This document shows positions 38,143 to 47,475 of a DNA stretch of 64,000 nt, piece after piece. Position numbers and translations under genes: made by a program. The notes below the pieces were generated by a model. That model was not told the DNA's origin. It did not search any database and saw only the letters and a program-made list of their open reading frames with translations. The first letter of the stretch is position 1. The number at the start of each line of letters is the position of its first letter. The stretch is from an uncultured Desulfarculus sp. (GTDB taxonomy: Bacteria > Desulfobacterota > Desulfarculia > Desulfarculales > Desulfarculaceae), in assembly GCA_963665125.2 (NCBI GenBank), contig CAXXUK010000001.1, positions 1,248,001 through 1,312,000 of the forward strand. Direction: 5' to 3'.

Positions 38143-39485
38143 TCCAGAATATCCTCCACTATTGCTTTCAAAGAGCCCTCACCCAGCCTGACCTTGATCT
38201 CCCGACCCGGCCCGGTCTGGCTTGATTGCCGTAGAATACGTTCATTTTGGTCGAAAACCAAGGAATACCCCCGGCCCAGGACCTTGAGCGGCCCCAGGGC
38301 CCGCAACTGGCCGCGCAGGGCTTCGACGTGGTCCCTGTCGCGACGCAGACGTTCGATCATCTCGCGCAGCATGCGCCCGGCGGCCTCCCTGTGCCTGGCC
38401 CTGGCGTCGGAAAGGGCCAACCGCGGATTCAGGGCCTTGAGCGCGCCGGACAACTTCTGGGCCTCAAGGCGTTTTTCCGCCAGCAGGCCGCTTTGGGCCG
38501 AGGCCAGGCGCATGGTCAGGTCTTCCACGCGCAGGAGCTTGTCGATGAGCCGCCGCCTGGGGTCGGCCAAGCCCCTTTCCAGAGCCGCCAAATACCCGCG
38601 CCGCTCGTCGAGGCCGCGCAGCATTGACTTTTCCAGACGTCCTTTGGCCTCCAGCCAGCGCCGCATCAACTCGCCCCGGTCGGCCGTGAGCATCTCGGCC
38701 GCGGCCGAAGGCGTGGGCGCCCGCAGGTCGGCCACAAGGTCGGCCATGGTGAAATCGATTTCGTGACCCACGGCCGATACGACCGGGATCGGGCAAGCCG
38801 CTATGGCCCTGGCCAGGGCCTCGTCATTGTAGGCCCACAGGTCTTCGGGCGAACCGCCGCCTCTGGTCAACACGATGACCTCGGGCCAGTCCCAACTGGC
38901 CAGCTCACCCAGGGCCGTGACCATCTGCCCGGCCGCGGCGTCACCCTGGACCTGCACCGGATATAAGGCCACGGCCAGACGGTCGTGCCTGCGGTGAACC
39001 ACTTTGAGGAAGTCGCGGATAGCCGCGCCGCTGGGCGAGGTGACAACGGCCACCCTGGCGGGCAGGTCCGGCAGCGGGGCCTTGTGTTCCTGATCGAACA
39101 GACCCTCGGCGGCCAGGCGGCGTTTGAGCTGCTCGAATGCCAGGGCCATGGCCCCGGCGCCCTGGGGTTCGGCAGTGTCCACCACAAGCTGCATGTCGCC
39201 TCTGGGCACATAAATACTGATGCGTCCCTGGCAAAGGACCTGCTGGCCCTCTTCCAGGCGGAAGCGCAGCAATCCGGCCTGATGCCGAAACATCACCGCC
39301 CGGATGGAGCCGTCCCTGTCCTTGAGGCTGAAATAGACATGGCCGCTGGCCGGACGCCGCAGGCCGCTGACCTCGCCCTGGACCCAGACAAAGTCAAAGG
39401 CCGATTCGGTCTGCTGTTTGATCTGCCCCAGAAGCTCACCCACGCTGTAGATTCGTCTGGCGGCAAACAAGCTCAATGCGTCCAC
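38139..39485 (-). CDS. xseA: Exodeoxyribonuclease VII large subunit
   Basis: SGHVYFSLKD, VTSPSGAAIRD, RGGGSPEDL, GHEIDFT..D.RAPTPS; GTG behind GGGAGG. Confidence 0.96.
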   Translation of the reverse strand: MDALSLFAARRIYSVGELLGQIKQQTESAFDFVWVQGEVSGLRRPASGHVYFSLKDRDGSIRAVMFRHQAGLLRFRLEEGQQVLCQGRISIYVPRGDMQLVVDTAEPQGAGAMALAFEQLKRRLAAEGLFDQEHKAPLPDLPARVAVVTSPSGAAIRDFLKVVHRRHDRLAVALYPVQVQGDAAAGQMVTALGELASWDWPEVIVLTRGGGSPEDLWAYNDEALARAIAACPIPVVSAVGHEIDFTMADLVADLRAPTPSAAAEMLTADRGELMRRWLEAKGRLEKSMLRGLDERRGYLAALERGLADPRRRLIDKLLRVEDLTMRLASAQSGLLAEKRLEAQKLSGALKALNPRLALSDARARHREAAGRMLREMIERLRRDRDHVEALRGQLRALGPLKVLGRGYSLVFDQNERILRQSSQTGPGREIKVRLGEGSLKAIVEDILE

Positions 39486-39517
39486 GCCGCGGAGCCTCCC
39501 ATCACCACAAAAACGGT

Positions 39518-40099
39518 TCAGTTGCCGACCCAATAATCCTTAATCAGGCCGGATTTACGTAGGGCGTCGCCCTTGGCTTTTGCCTGGTCCTTGTTGTCGA
39601 ATCCGTCGATGAGCACCCTGTACCAGATGCCCTTTTCGCCCAGATCAACCCGCATGGTCCTGGACTCGACGTTTTTGGCCGTGAGTTTGTCGGCCAGGGC
39701 CCTGGCCTCGCCGGCGCTGCGGAAGCTTCCCAGTTGCAGGGCCACGCCAACCGCGCCCACATTGGCCCGCCGGGGCGCCGCGAGAATCGTGCTGATCCGG
39801 TCCGGGTTGGCCCCTTGTTCGACAACGTCCACCTGGTAACTCTGATCGCCGCCCTTGGCCGATTTGGCGCTGTAGACGATTACGCTGCGGTCGGGGCCGG
39901 TCTGTATTTCATAGCGGCCCGTGTTCCCGGATTTGGCCGCAGCGATCTCGTTTTCGATCATCTTGCGGATGGTGTCGTCGCCGACCCCTGCCTTGCGCAG
40001 GGCCAGGACTTGGTCAACGCTCAGGGCCCATCCCGGCCCGGCCAGGAAAACCAACACCAACGGCACAACCAAAAGGGCATTCAGAAAGGCTCTGGGCAT
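39518..40099 (-). CDS. SPOR domain-containing exported protein
   Basis: Signal peptide; LQLGSFRS..A..L, KGIWYRVLIDGF...A. Confidence 0.85.
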   Translation of the reverse strand: MPRAFLNALLVVPLVLVFLAGPGWALSVDQVLALRKAGVGDDTIRKMIENEIAAAKSGNTGRYEIQTGPDRSVIVYSAKSAKGGDQSYQVDVVEQGANPDRISTILAAPRRANVGAVGVALQLGSFRSAGEARALADKLTAKNVESRTMRVDLGEKGIWYRVLIDGFDNKDQAKAKGDALRKSGLIKDYWVGN

Positions 40100-40163
40100 A
40101 TGGGCCTCCGTTATACGGGCGTGGGCGTCAATTTTATCAGGCCCGGTAGCGTCTTTGCCAGGC

Positions 40164-41447
40164 CTATCGGCTCCGCTGCAAAATCAGGACAGCCTCCACA
40201 TGGCTCGTCTGGGGAAACATGTCCAGGGCGTGCAGATCAAGGGGCTTGTATCCGTATTGGGCCAGGATGCCGGCGTCTCTGGCCAACGCCGCCGGATGGC
40301 AGGATACATAGACGATGCGCTCGGGACTCAGCGAGGCCAGTTGGGGCATCATGCCCTTGGCCCCGGCCCGGGGCGGGTCCAGCACCACCAGGTCGAAATT
40401 CTGGCCCTGGGCGCTCAGTTCGTCCAGGGCCTCGGTGGCGTCCATGGAGCGAAGCTGCATGCGCTCCAGCAGGCCGTGTTTGCGGCCCTGCCAATTCATG
40501 ATCTCCACCGCGGCCTGGCTAACCTCGATGGCGTTGACCTGCCAGCCCGCGTTGGCCAAGGGCAGGCTCAGGTTGCCGCTGCCGGCGTAGAGGTCCAGAG
40601 CCGCGCCGGTCTTGATGCCCTGGGCCGCCTGTTTGACGATCTCGACGAGCCGTCGGTTGACGGCGAAGTTTACCTGGCAAAACAAGCCGGGAAAGGCCAG
40701 CATCTCCAGACCGGAGTCCTTGTAATAGCTGACACCGGTTTCCGGCGACGGCTTCAAATCTTCGATCCAGCCGCCCCTGGCCAGGCGAACCACTTCGGCT
40801 CCCGCCTTGCGCCCGGCGGTGTGCAGGTTTCGCTTGAGTTGGGGATTGAGCCGCACGTCGCGGCGCAGGGTCAGGTTCAGCATCGGGCCCTGGTTCTTTG
40901 CGGCCAGGATCTCGGCCCACAGCACCTCGCGCCCGGCAAAACGGCCGAGTTCCTGGTTTAGGCCCGGAAGCATTTCCGAAATGGCCTCATGGGCCACGGG
41001 GCACTTGTTCAGGCGAACGACGCGGTTTGAGTTGCGCTGGAAAAAGCCCACGCCGCCGGCCCTGGCCTGAAAGCTGACCCGGTTGCGCCAGCCGAAGTTC
41101 CGGGGCGAGGCGAATGGTTTGGCAGCCGGTGTTCCGGCCACCCTGTGCAGGGCCCTGTCGACCCAGGCCGCCTTGGCCGCCACCTGGGCCTTGTAATCCA
41201 GGTGCATCAGGTCGCAGCCGCCGCAATTGCCGTATTCGGGGCACACGGGCTCCACGCGCTCGGGCGACGGCTTGATTATCCGGGTCACTTCCGCCTCAAG
41301 ATAATCCCGTTTGCCGCCGGTGACGGCGACCTCAACTTCTTCGCCGCTCAAAGCCCCGGACACGAAAACAACTTTGCCGTCCTCGGCCCGCCCCACCCCG
41401 CGGCCGCCTGAGCCAAGCTCATTTATCTGCAATTTCATATTGGGCAT
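40164..41447 (-). CDS. rlmD: 23S rRNA (uracil-C5)-methyltransferase, RlmD/TrmA family
   Basis: TRAM domain, C..YG.CGGC, FCQVN, LDLYAGSG, LDPPRAG, YVSC.P, DMFPQTSHVE; start uncertain. Confidence 0.88.
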   Translation of the reverse strand: MPNMKLQINELGSGGRGVGRAEDGKVVFVSGALSGEEVEVAVTGGKRDYLEAEVTRIIKPSPERVEPVCPEYGNCGGCDLMHLDYKAQVAAKAAWVDRALHRVAGTPAAKPFASPRNFGWRNRVSFQARAGGVGFFQRNSNRVVRLNKCPVAHEAISEMLPGLNQELGRFAGREVLWAEILAAKNQGPMLNLTLRRDVRLNPQLKRNLHTAGRKAGAEVVRLARGGWIEDLKPSPETGVSYYKDSGLEMLAFPGLFCQVNFAVNRRLVEIVKQAAQGIKTGAALDLYAGSGNLSLPLANAGWQVNAIEVSQAAVEIMNWQGRKHGLLERMQLRSMDATEALDELSAQGQNFDLVVLDPPRAGAKGMMPQLASLSPERIVYVSCHPAALARDAGILAQYGYKPLDLHALDMFPQTSHVEAVLILQRSR

Positions 41448-41582
41448 TTTTCTACACATCACAAGAATTTGCGTGTAATTCGTTTAGATTTTAAATCAAA
41501 ATGTGCTAAATCTTTTTGATCAGTTGCCGATTGGTTATCATTACCCATAAATTTGAACACCAAATGGAGTTCTAACCAGATT

Positions 41583-42425
41583 ATGACCAATTTTGTAAAG
41601 GGCCTGCGATATATTCCTCCTCTGCCCGCCGTCCTCGCCAAGATCATGCAACTGCTGGGAGACGAAAAAACCACCGTGGCCGAGCTGGAGGAAATAATAT
41701 CCCACGACCAGGCCCTTACATCAAAGGTTCTATCCATCGCCAATTCTGCCTATTGGGGGCTTCGCAATGAAGTTGTCAGCATTGAACGGGCCACGGTGCT
41801 TTTGGGTTTCGAAGAGATCCAAAATATTTGCCTGGGCGCAAGCCTGATAGGTTTTATCCATCCTTCGATATTCCGGGACCGCGAGGGCGCCGAACAACTC
41901 TGGCTGCATACCCTGGCCGTTGCTGAAGGCACCCAGCTCATCGCCCAAAGGACCTCTTTTATTGAAACCGGTTCCGCATTCACCGCAGGCTTGGTTCACG
42001 ACCTTGGAAAAGCCGTGCTGGCGGCTTTTTTCCCAGCCCAAGTCGACGATGTGCTGCGGCTGATGTCCGCGGAGAATTTAACCTACCGCCAAGCCGAAAT
42101 AGCCACCGGCACCGATCACGCTGCCATCGGCCAGGAACTGGCCCAGCAATGGGGCCTACCATCCATCCTGGGCGACATCATGGGCTTCCACCACGAGCCC
42201 AACCTGGAAGACGAACTTGAGCCATTGGTCGCCGCCGTGCATGTGGCCGATTTTTTGGCCAGAGAACTCGGCATAGGTCTATCGGGCAATCCGGACAGGC
42301 CAACCGTGGACGCCAACGTCATCCGCTGGCTGGGTCTTGGGGCCGACGACATACGCGAAATCCGGAGAGCTCTGGTCTGGCGCAGACCCGCCGTGGAAGA
42401 TTTCTGGCAGGAAATGATCCGCTAG
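41583..42425 (+). CDS. HDOD domain protein
   Basis: IPPLP, DQALTSKVLSIANS, LWLH, AGLVHDLGK, DHAAIG..W.LP, HHEP. Confidence 0.92.
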   Translation: MTNFVKGLRYIPPLPAVLAKIMQLLGDEKTTVAELEEIISHDQALTSKVLSIANSAYWGLRNEVVSIERATVLLGFEEIQNICLGASLIGFIHPSIFRDREGAEQLWLHTLAVAEGTQLIAQRTSFIETGSAFTAGLVHDLGKAVLAAFFPAQVDDVLRLMSAENLTYRQAEIATGTDHAAIGQELAQQWGLPSILGDIMGFHHEPNLEDELEPLVAAVHVADFLARELGIGLSGNPDRPTVDANVIRWLGLGADDIREIRRALVWRRPAVEDFWQEMIR

Positions 42426-42778
42426 CTGTCTTTTTTACGCGGAAACAACTCCACAACTTTTGTACCACCCTGCCGAACCTCATCGGTATTTTGCGTATTG
42501 GCTTGTTGAGGTTGTTTTTCGGCCTCGCCAGGGTACCAGGCCTCGGGCCGGGCAAGGCGTTCCAACTTCATCTCATCGCCGCCCATGGTGAACTCGCCGC
42601 CGTCGATATAACTATCCCTCAATATCCAGGTGACCTTGGTGGTGGGCATGGTCAACAGCATCAGGGTGATGTGCCACCAGCCGGTTTTTTCATCGGCCTC
42701 TATCTTTTCGACCCTGGCATACGTCATCGGGTTGCCCTTGTGGTATACGAGCACAACATCGCCGGGTGTGGTTTCCAC
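42422..42778 (-). CDS. Hypothetical protein
   Basis: 118 aa, GGAGG RBS, beta-rich core and flexible C-terminal tail KVVELFPRKK. Confidence 0.75.
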   Translation of the reverse strand: METTPGDVVLVYHKGNPMTYARVEKIEADEKTGWWHITLMLLTMPTTKVTWILRDSYIDGGEFTMGGDEMKLERLARPEAWYPGEAEKQPQQANTQNTDEVRQGGTKVVELFPRKKDS

Positions 42779-42794
42779 GCCAATATCCTCCGGC

Positions 42795-43721
42795 TTAGCT
42801 ATTCATCGCGGCCAGGCGGGTCTCAAAGGCCTCCCTGGTTATGCTATATTCCTGGGTGCCGAAACAGGCTATGGCGAACGACGAAACAACAGCGCCCCAT
42901 TTACAGGCCTCGGCCAGGGGCAGACCATTGGCCAGGCCAGCCAACAAGCCCGAACGATAGGCGTCGCCCGCGCCGGTGGGATCCAAGACTTTGTCAGCCG
43001 GGGCGGTGGAGATTTCCACGGTCTTTTCGGAGTCGATCAGAACCGATCCTTTTTCACCCTTGGTGGAGATGACGTATTTGACCTTGCCTAGAAGCTCCTC
43101 CAGGCTCATCCCGGTCTTGCGCAGGGTCACCTCGAGTTCATAGTCGTTGGAGATGAAGATCTCGGCGCCGTCAAGGGCCTTGGCCAGCACGTCGCCTTCC
43201 AGGATGTTCAGGGCCTGGCCGGGGTCGTAGATGAACTTGATGCCGTTTTGGCGATAGCGCTCAGTCATCTCCGTCATGTCTTCCAGGTTGCCCGGCGAGA
43301 CGATCACCATCGAATCGGCGGGGTCGATCAGGGTCACGTCGAACTGGCAGGAGTGATTCATGGCACCGGGGTTGAAACCGGTTATCTGGTTGTCGGACAT
43401 GTCGGTGGTGATGAATGCACCGGCGGTGTATTCCTCTTCCACGGTGCGGATAAAGCCTGTCTCCACGCCGTGGCTGTCCAGCCAGTCCACGTAGCGCTGA
43501 CCGTCGCGGCCCAGGGAACCGAGCACTATGGGGCGCTGGTCCAGTTGGGCCAGGCCGTAGGCGATATTGCCGGCCGTGCCGCCCAGGTGTTCCTGGAGGC
43601 CGTTGACATTGAAACTGACATTGAGGACGTGAATCTTGTCCGGCAAGATATGATCTTCAAAGCGGCCGTCAAAGTTCATGATGCGGTCATAGGCCAATGA
43701 GCCGGAAACGTAAACCTTCAT
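42795..43721 (-). CDS. PfkB family carbohydrate/nucleoside kinase (adenosine kinase-like)
   Basis: SGSLAYD, GGTAGNIAY, DPGQ, NDYE, DPTGAGDAYR. Confidence 0.92.
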   Translation of the reverse strand: MKVYVSGSLAYDRIMNFDGRFEDHILPDKIHVLNVSFNVNGLQEHLGGTAGNIAYGLAQLDQRPIVLGSLGRDGQRYVDWLDSHGVETGFIRTVEEEYTAGAFITTDMSDNQITGFNPGAMNHSCQFDVTLIDPADSMVIVSPGNLEDMTEMTERYRQNGIKFIYDPGQALNILEGDVLAKALDGAEIFISNDYELEVTLRKTGMSLEELLGKVKYVISTKGEKGSVLIDSEKTVEISTAPADKVLDPTGAGDAYRSGLLAGLANGLPLAEACKWGAVVSSFAIACFGTQEYSITREAFETRLAAMNS

Positions 43722-43773
43722 TTTTCCCTCTTGATTTAATCCGCTAAAATTGTCTTTATTCAATTACAGGGGA

Positions 43774-43802
43774 AATTTACGCGCCCTGCATTCGGGTGTC
43801 AA
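43774..43802 (-). promoter_or_regulatory. Putative sigma70 promoter of the PfkB gene
   Basis: Minus strand TTGACA-N17-TAAATT. Confidence 0.6.
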
Positions 43803-43878
43803 GAAAACAGCTTCCGTGGTTGAGCCCCGCCCGAGAACGTGATAGTTTTATTAGGTTTATCACATTCCGGAGCGGTTA

Positions 43879-44442
43879 ATGCACAATACAATCCGGTTGA
43901 TGCTGGTGGTCATGGTGCTGTCTTTGGGCATCCAGGCCCCCGCGGCGGCGGAACAGGCCGACAAACCGAGGGAAGCATCGGTAAAAAAATACATGGAGGC
44001 CTTGGCCGAGGCCGACGCGGCCACCACCTATGTCTGGCAGGAGATGCCCTTTGTGCTGAACAAGGCCCTGCTGGTGAGTAAACCATGCAAGGTTTACGGC
44101 GCCTTCGAGCCCAGGGGCAGCAACATACTGCGCGACAACGACCCGTTGTTGGTCTATTTGGAGCCCATCGGTTTTAAATATCGCAAACTCGACGACGACT
44201 TTTTCGAGTTCGGCGTGGCGGTTGACGTCCTGGTCATGGATTCAGAGGGCAAGATCGTGCTCCTGAAGGACGCCTTTCGCACCGAATCCGTACGCAGCCG
44301 CTACCGCATCCGGGAATACTTCCTCAACCTGAACCTGCCCCTGTTCGGCCTTATGCCAGGCCAATACTACATCTCGCTAAAAATCCGCGATATCGTGGGC
44401 AAAGGCGAAACCACGGCCAAGATCGCCATACTTGTCCGCTAG
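43879..44442 (+). CDS. Hypothetical exported protein (beta-sandwich-like)
   Basis: Signal peptide; VYLEPIGF, PGQYYISLKIRD; GGAG RBS. Confidence 0.75.
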   Translation: MHNTIRLMLVVMVLSLGIQAPAAAEQADKPREASVKKYMEALAEADAATTYVWQEMPFVLNKALLVSKPCKVYGAFEPRGSNILRDNDPLLVYLEPIGFKYRKLDDDFFEFGVAVDVLVMDSEGKIVLLKDAFRTESVRSRYRIREYFLNLNLPLFGLMPGQYYISLKIRDIVGKGETTAKIAILVR

Positions 44443-45797
44443 TTGCGCAAGGCCGTCACCGGCGAAGGCATCCGCCCGCCCCTGTTGATGAACTTCGCCC
44501 CGCTGAACCGGCCCACGGACATTACCGGGGCCCGGCCCAACAACCCGCCGAAATCTATGAAATCGCCAGGCTTTTTGCCCGGCGCGGGGATCATGCGAAC
44601 GCCGGTGGTCTTGTTGTTGACCACGCCGATGGCCAGTTCGTCGGCGATTATAGCCGAAAGCGTTGTCGGAGGCGTATCGCCGGGCACGGCGAACATATCC
44701 AGGCCAACCGAACACACGGCGGTCATTGCCTCGAGTTTTTCAAGGCTAAGGGCGCCCTCTTCCACGGCCGCGATCATGGCCAGGTCTTCGCTGACCGGGA
44801 TAAAGGTGCCCGACAGGCCGCCCACGTGGCCCGAAGCCATGGCTCCGCCGCGCTTGACGGCGTCGATCAAAAGGGCAAGGGCCGCCGTGGTGCCCGGCGC
44901 GCCAGTGCGTTCCAGGCCCATGGCCTCGAGTATCTGGCCCACCGAATCGCCCACCGCCGTGGTCGGAGCCAGGCTGATGTCCACTACGCCGAAATTGACG
45001 CCCATGCGCTTGGCCAATTCCCGGCCCACCAGTTCACCGGCCCGGGTGATCTTGAACACCGTGCGTCGGATCACCTCGCTGAGCATGGTTAGGTCGCAGT
45101 CGGGGTGTTTTTCCACCACGGCCCGGACCACGCCGGGCCCGCTGATGCCCACGTTGAGGGCCGTGTCGCCCTCCTGGGCCCCGTGGAAGGCCCCGGCCAT
45201 GAACGGGTTGTCCGAGGGGGCATTGGCAAAGGCCACGAATTTTGCGCAGGCCACAGCCTTGGGCGCGGCCCCGGCCATGTCCACCAGTATGTGGCCCAGA
45301 TGGGCAATCGCATCCATGTTCAGTCCGGCCAAGGTGCTGCCCAGGTTCAGAAACCCGCAGAGCCTCTCCGTGGAGCCCAAAGCCAGGGGCAGCGCCTCCA
45401 TCAGGCGCAGATCGGCCCTGGTGCAGCCTTTTTCCACCAAGGCGCCAAAGCCGCCCACGAAATCGACTCCCGCCTTTTTGGCGCCCCGGTCAATGGCCTG
45501 GGCCAGGATCAGCGGCGCGTCCTCCAGCGGGCAGGCCTCCAGAAGCCAGGCGGCCGGCGTGATGGACAGGCGTTTGTTGACGATGGGCACGCCGAACGAT
45601 TCGCTTATCTCGTTGGCCTCGCTAACCAGGCGCTTGCCGTAATCGGCAAGGCGACCGGCCACGCCGGCGGCCATTCGGTCGATGTCGCGATCCACCAAAT
45701 CCTTCAGGTTGACGCCCAGGGTCACCGCCCGGATGTCGAAGTTGTCGAACAGGATCATCCCCGAGGTTTCCAGGACCTCTTGCAAACCGATGCTCAT
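44439..45797 (-). CDS. PFL-like DUF711 family protein
   Basis: DIRAVTLG, PIVNKR.SITP, DNPFMAGAFHG, GVSGPG-like, LEAMTAVCSVGLDM. Confidence 0.9.
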   Translation of the reverse strand: MSIGLQEVLETSGMILFDNFDIRAVTLGVNLKDLVDRDIDRMAAGVAGRLADYGKRLVSEANEISESFGVPIVNKRLSITPAAWLLEACPLEDAPLILAQAIDRGAKKAGVDFVGGFGALVEKGCTRADLRLMEALPLALGSTERLCGFLNLGSTLAGLNMDAIAHLGHILVDMAGAAPKAVACAKFVAFANAPSDNPFMAGAFHGAQEGDTALNVGISGPGVVRAVVEKHPDCDLTMLSEVIRRTVFKITRAGELVGRELAKRMGVNFGVVDISLAPTTAVGDSVGQILEAMGLERTGAPGTTAALALLIDAVKRGGAMASGHVGGLSGTFIPVSEDLAMIAAVEEGALSLEKLEAMTAVCSVGLDMFAVPGDTPPTTLSAIIADELAIGVVNNKTTGVRMIPAPGKKPGDFIDFGGLLGRAPVMSVGRFSGAKFINRGGRMPSPVTALRN

Positions 45798-45804
45798 GAC
45801 GACC

Positions 45805-46083
45805 TCACACCTGATGCATGCTTTTAATTACGGCTTCGTTGTGCAACATGATGGTCAGCCCCAGTCGCTGACCAAGTTGCTCCAGGGCGCTGCGCAGGCC
45901 GGACGTGCCCAAAGTCGAATCGGTGATGTCGGCCAGCATGGTCATCACAAACGTGCCGTCCATGACCTTTTGCTGGACATCGATGATATTGCAGTCGTGC
46001 TCGAACAGCATGCCGCTGACCTTGGCGATGATGCCTTTTTGGTCGGCCCCCATGACCACAACAAATATTCTTTCCGGTTCCAT
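45805..46083 (-). CDS. ACT domain protein (usual partner of DUF711)
   Basis: VVVMGADQKGIIAKVS..NIIDVQQ..F.M.M; ends MHQV. Confidence 0.88.
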   Translation of the reverse strand: MEPERIFVVVMGADQKGIIAKVSGMLFEHDCNIIDVQQKVMDGTFVMTMLADITDSTLGTSGLRSALEQLGQRLGLTIMLHNEAVIKSMHQV

Positions 46084-46125
46084 GATTCCACCTTGCCGTG
46101 TTTGGCGGGTTGTCAAATGCCCCCG

Positions 46126-46797
46126 CTAGGAAACCGCGCCCTGGCCGTGCGGACACAGGGGCAACAGCGCGCACTCGGCGCATTTGGGCCGCCGGGCAAT
46201 GCAAACCCTGCGGCCGTGCCAGATAATCTGATGGCTGAACATGGTCCATCGCTGACGGGGAATGATCTCCATCAGTTGCTGTTCGATCTTGTCCGGGTCT
46301 GTCTGGTTGGTCAGTTCCAGCAAAGTGCAGAGGCGTTTGACATGGGTGTCCACGGTGATTCCCGGAACGCCGAAGGCATTGCCCAGGACCACATTGGCCG
46401 TCTTGCGCCCCACTCCCGGCAGCTTGACCAACTCTTCCAGATTGCCGGGAAGCCCTCCGCCGTGTTTTTCAACAATGGCCTTGGCCGCTCCGGAGATGCT
46501 CTTGGCCTTGTTGCGGAAAAAGCCGGTGGAGCGGATTACGTCTTCTATTGCCGCCACGTCGGCCCGGGCGGCATCCCCCACGTTCGGCCAGCGCTTGAAA
46601 AAGTCCGGGGTGACCATATTGACCCGCTCATCGGTGCACTGGGCCGAAAGGATCGTGGCCACCAGCAGTTCCCAGGAGCTGTTGAAATGCAGGGCGCAGC
46701 TGGCGTCGGGGTACAGGCCTTCGAGCCCGGCCAGGATGGCCTCCACCCTGGCCGGATCGGGCTTTTTCCAGGTCTTCGCGGCGCTTTTGGCGGGCAT
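46126..46797 (-). CDS. nth: Endonuclease III
   Basis: ATILSAQCTD, LPGVGRKTANVV, VDTHV.R, C.ARRPKC..C...LC. Confidence 0.96.
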   Translation of the reverse strand: MPAKSAAKTWKKPDPARVEAILAGLEGLYPDASCALHFNSSWELLVATILSAQCTDERVNMVTPDFFKRWPNVGDAARADVAAIEDVIRSTGFFRNKAKSISGAAKAIVEKHGGGLPGNLEELVKLPGVGRKTANVVLGNAFGVPGITVDTHVKRLCTLLELTNQTDPDKIEQQLMEIIPRQRWTMFSHQIIWHGRRVCIARRPKCAECALLPLCPHGQGAVS

Positions 46798-46802
46798 AAG
46801 GC

Positions 46803-47402
46803 CTACTGCTCCAGCACCTCTACCGCTTCAACGATAATGGTCTCTTTGGGTACGTCCTGATAATAGCCCTTGGTGGTGGTTTCCACCTGGCCGATGGCGT
46901 CCACCACGTCCATTCCCTCGACGACCTTGCCGAACACCGCGTAGCCCCATCCCTGGGGGGTTTTGCCGCTGTGGTTCAGAAACTCGTTGTCTTCCAGGTT
47001 GATGAAGAACTGGCAGGTGGCGCTGTTGGGGTCCTGGGTCCGGGCCATGCTCAGCCAATATTTGTCATTCTTCAGGCCGTTGTCGGCCTCGTTCTTGATG
47101 GGCGGATTGGTCTTTTTCATGCCCATCTGCTCGTTCATGCCGCCGCCCTGAATCACGAATCCCGGGACCACGCGGTGAAAAACCGTGCCCACGTAATGGC
47201 CGCTCTTGACGTAATCCATGAAATTGCCCACGGTCTGGGGGGCCTCTTTGGGATAAAGTTCAATGACGATATCGCCCTTGTTGGTGCTGAATTTTACCAC
47301 TTTAATTACTCCCTGGTTAGCTTGCGCGCCGGTCAGGCCAAGGCCCAGTCCGATGAATGCGGCAAGCATGATTATTGTCAGTCTGTTTATCGCTTTTACC
47401 AC
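46803..47402 (-). CDS. ppiA: Periplasmic cyclophilin-type peptidyl-prolyl isomerase
   Basis: Signal peptide, FHRVVPGFVIQGGG, SMART.DP.SA..QFFIN, GYAVFGKV. Confidence 0.9.
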   Translation of the reverse strand: MVKAINRLTIIMLAAFIGLGLGLTGAQANQGVIKVVKFSTNKGDIVIELYPKEAPQTVGNFMDYVKSGHYVGTVFHRVVPGFVIQGGGMNEQMGMKKTNPPIKNEADNGLKNDKYWLSMARTQDPNSATCQFFINLEDNEFLNHSGKTPQGWGYAVFGKVVEGMDVVDAIGQVETTTKGYYQDVPKETIIVEAVEVLEQ

Positions 47403-47475
47403 GTTGATATCCCCCGTACCACAGAGAACCGGCGGCTGGTTTGCCGCCGGAATCGCTGGCTATTTTTAAAACAAT

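Noticed and set aside
37363..38766. Other long overlapping ORFs (e.g. 19349-20506, 23508-24812, 34744-35997, 44443-45642, 54686-55885, 57532-58851)
   Set aside because: All overlap confidently identified genes on the opposite strand and have no recognisable motifs
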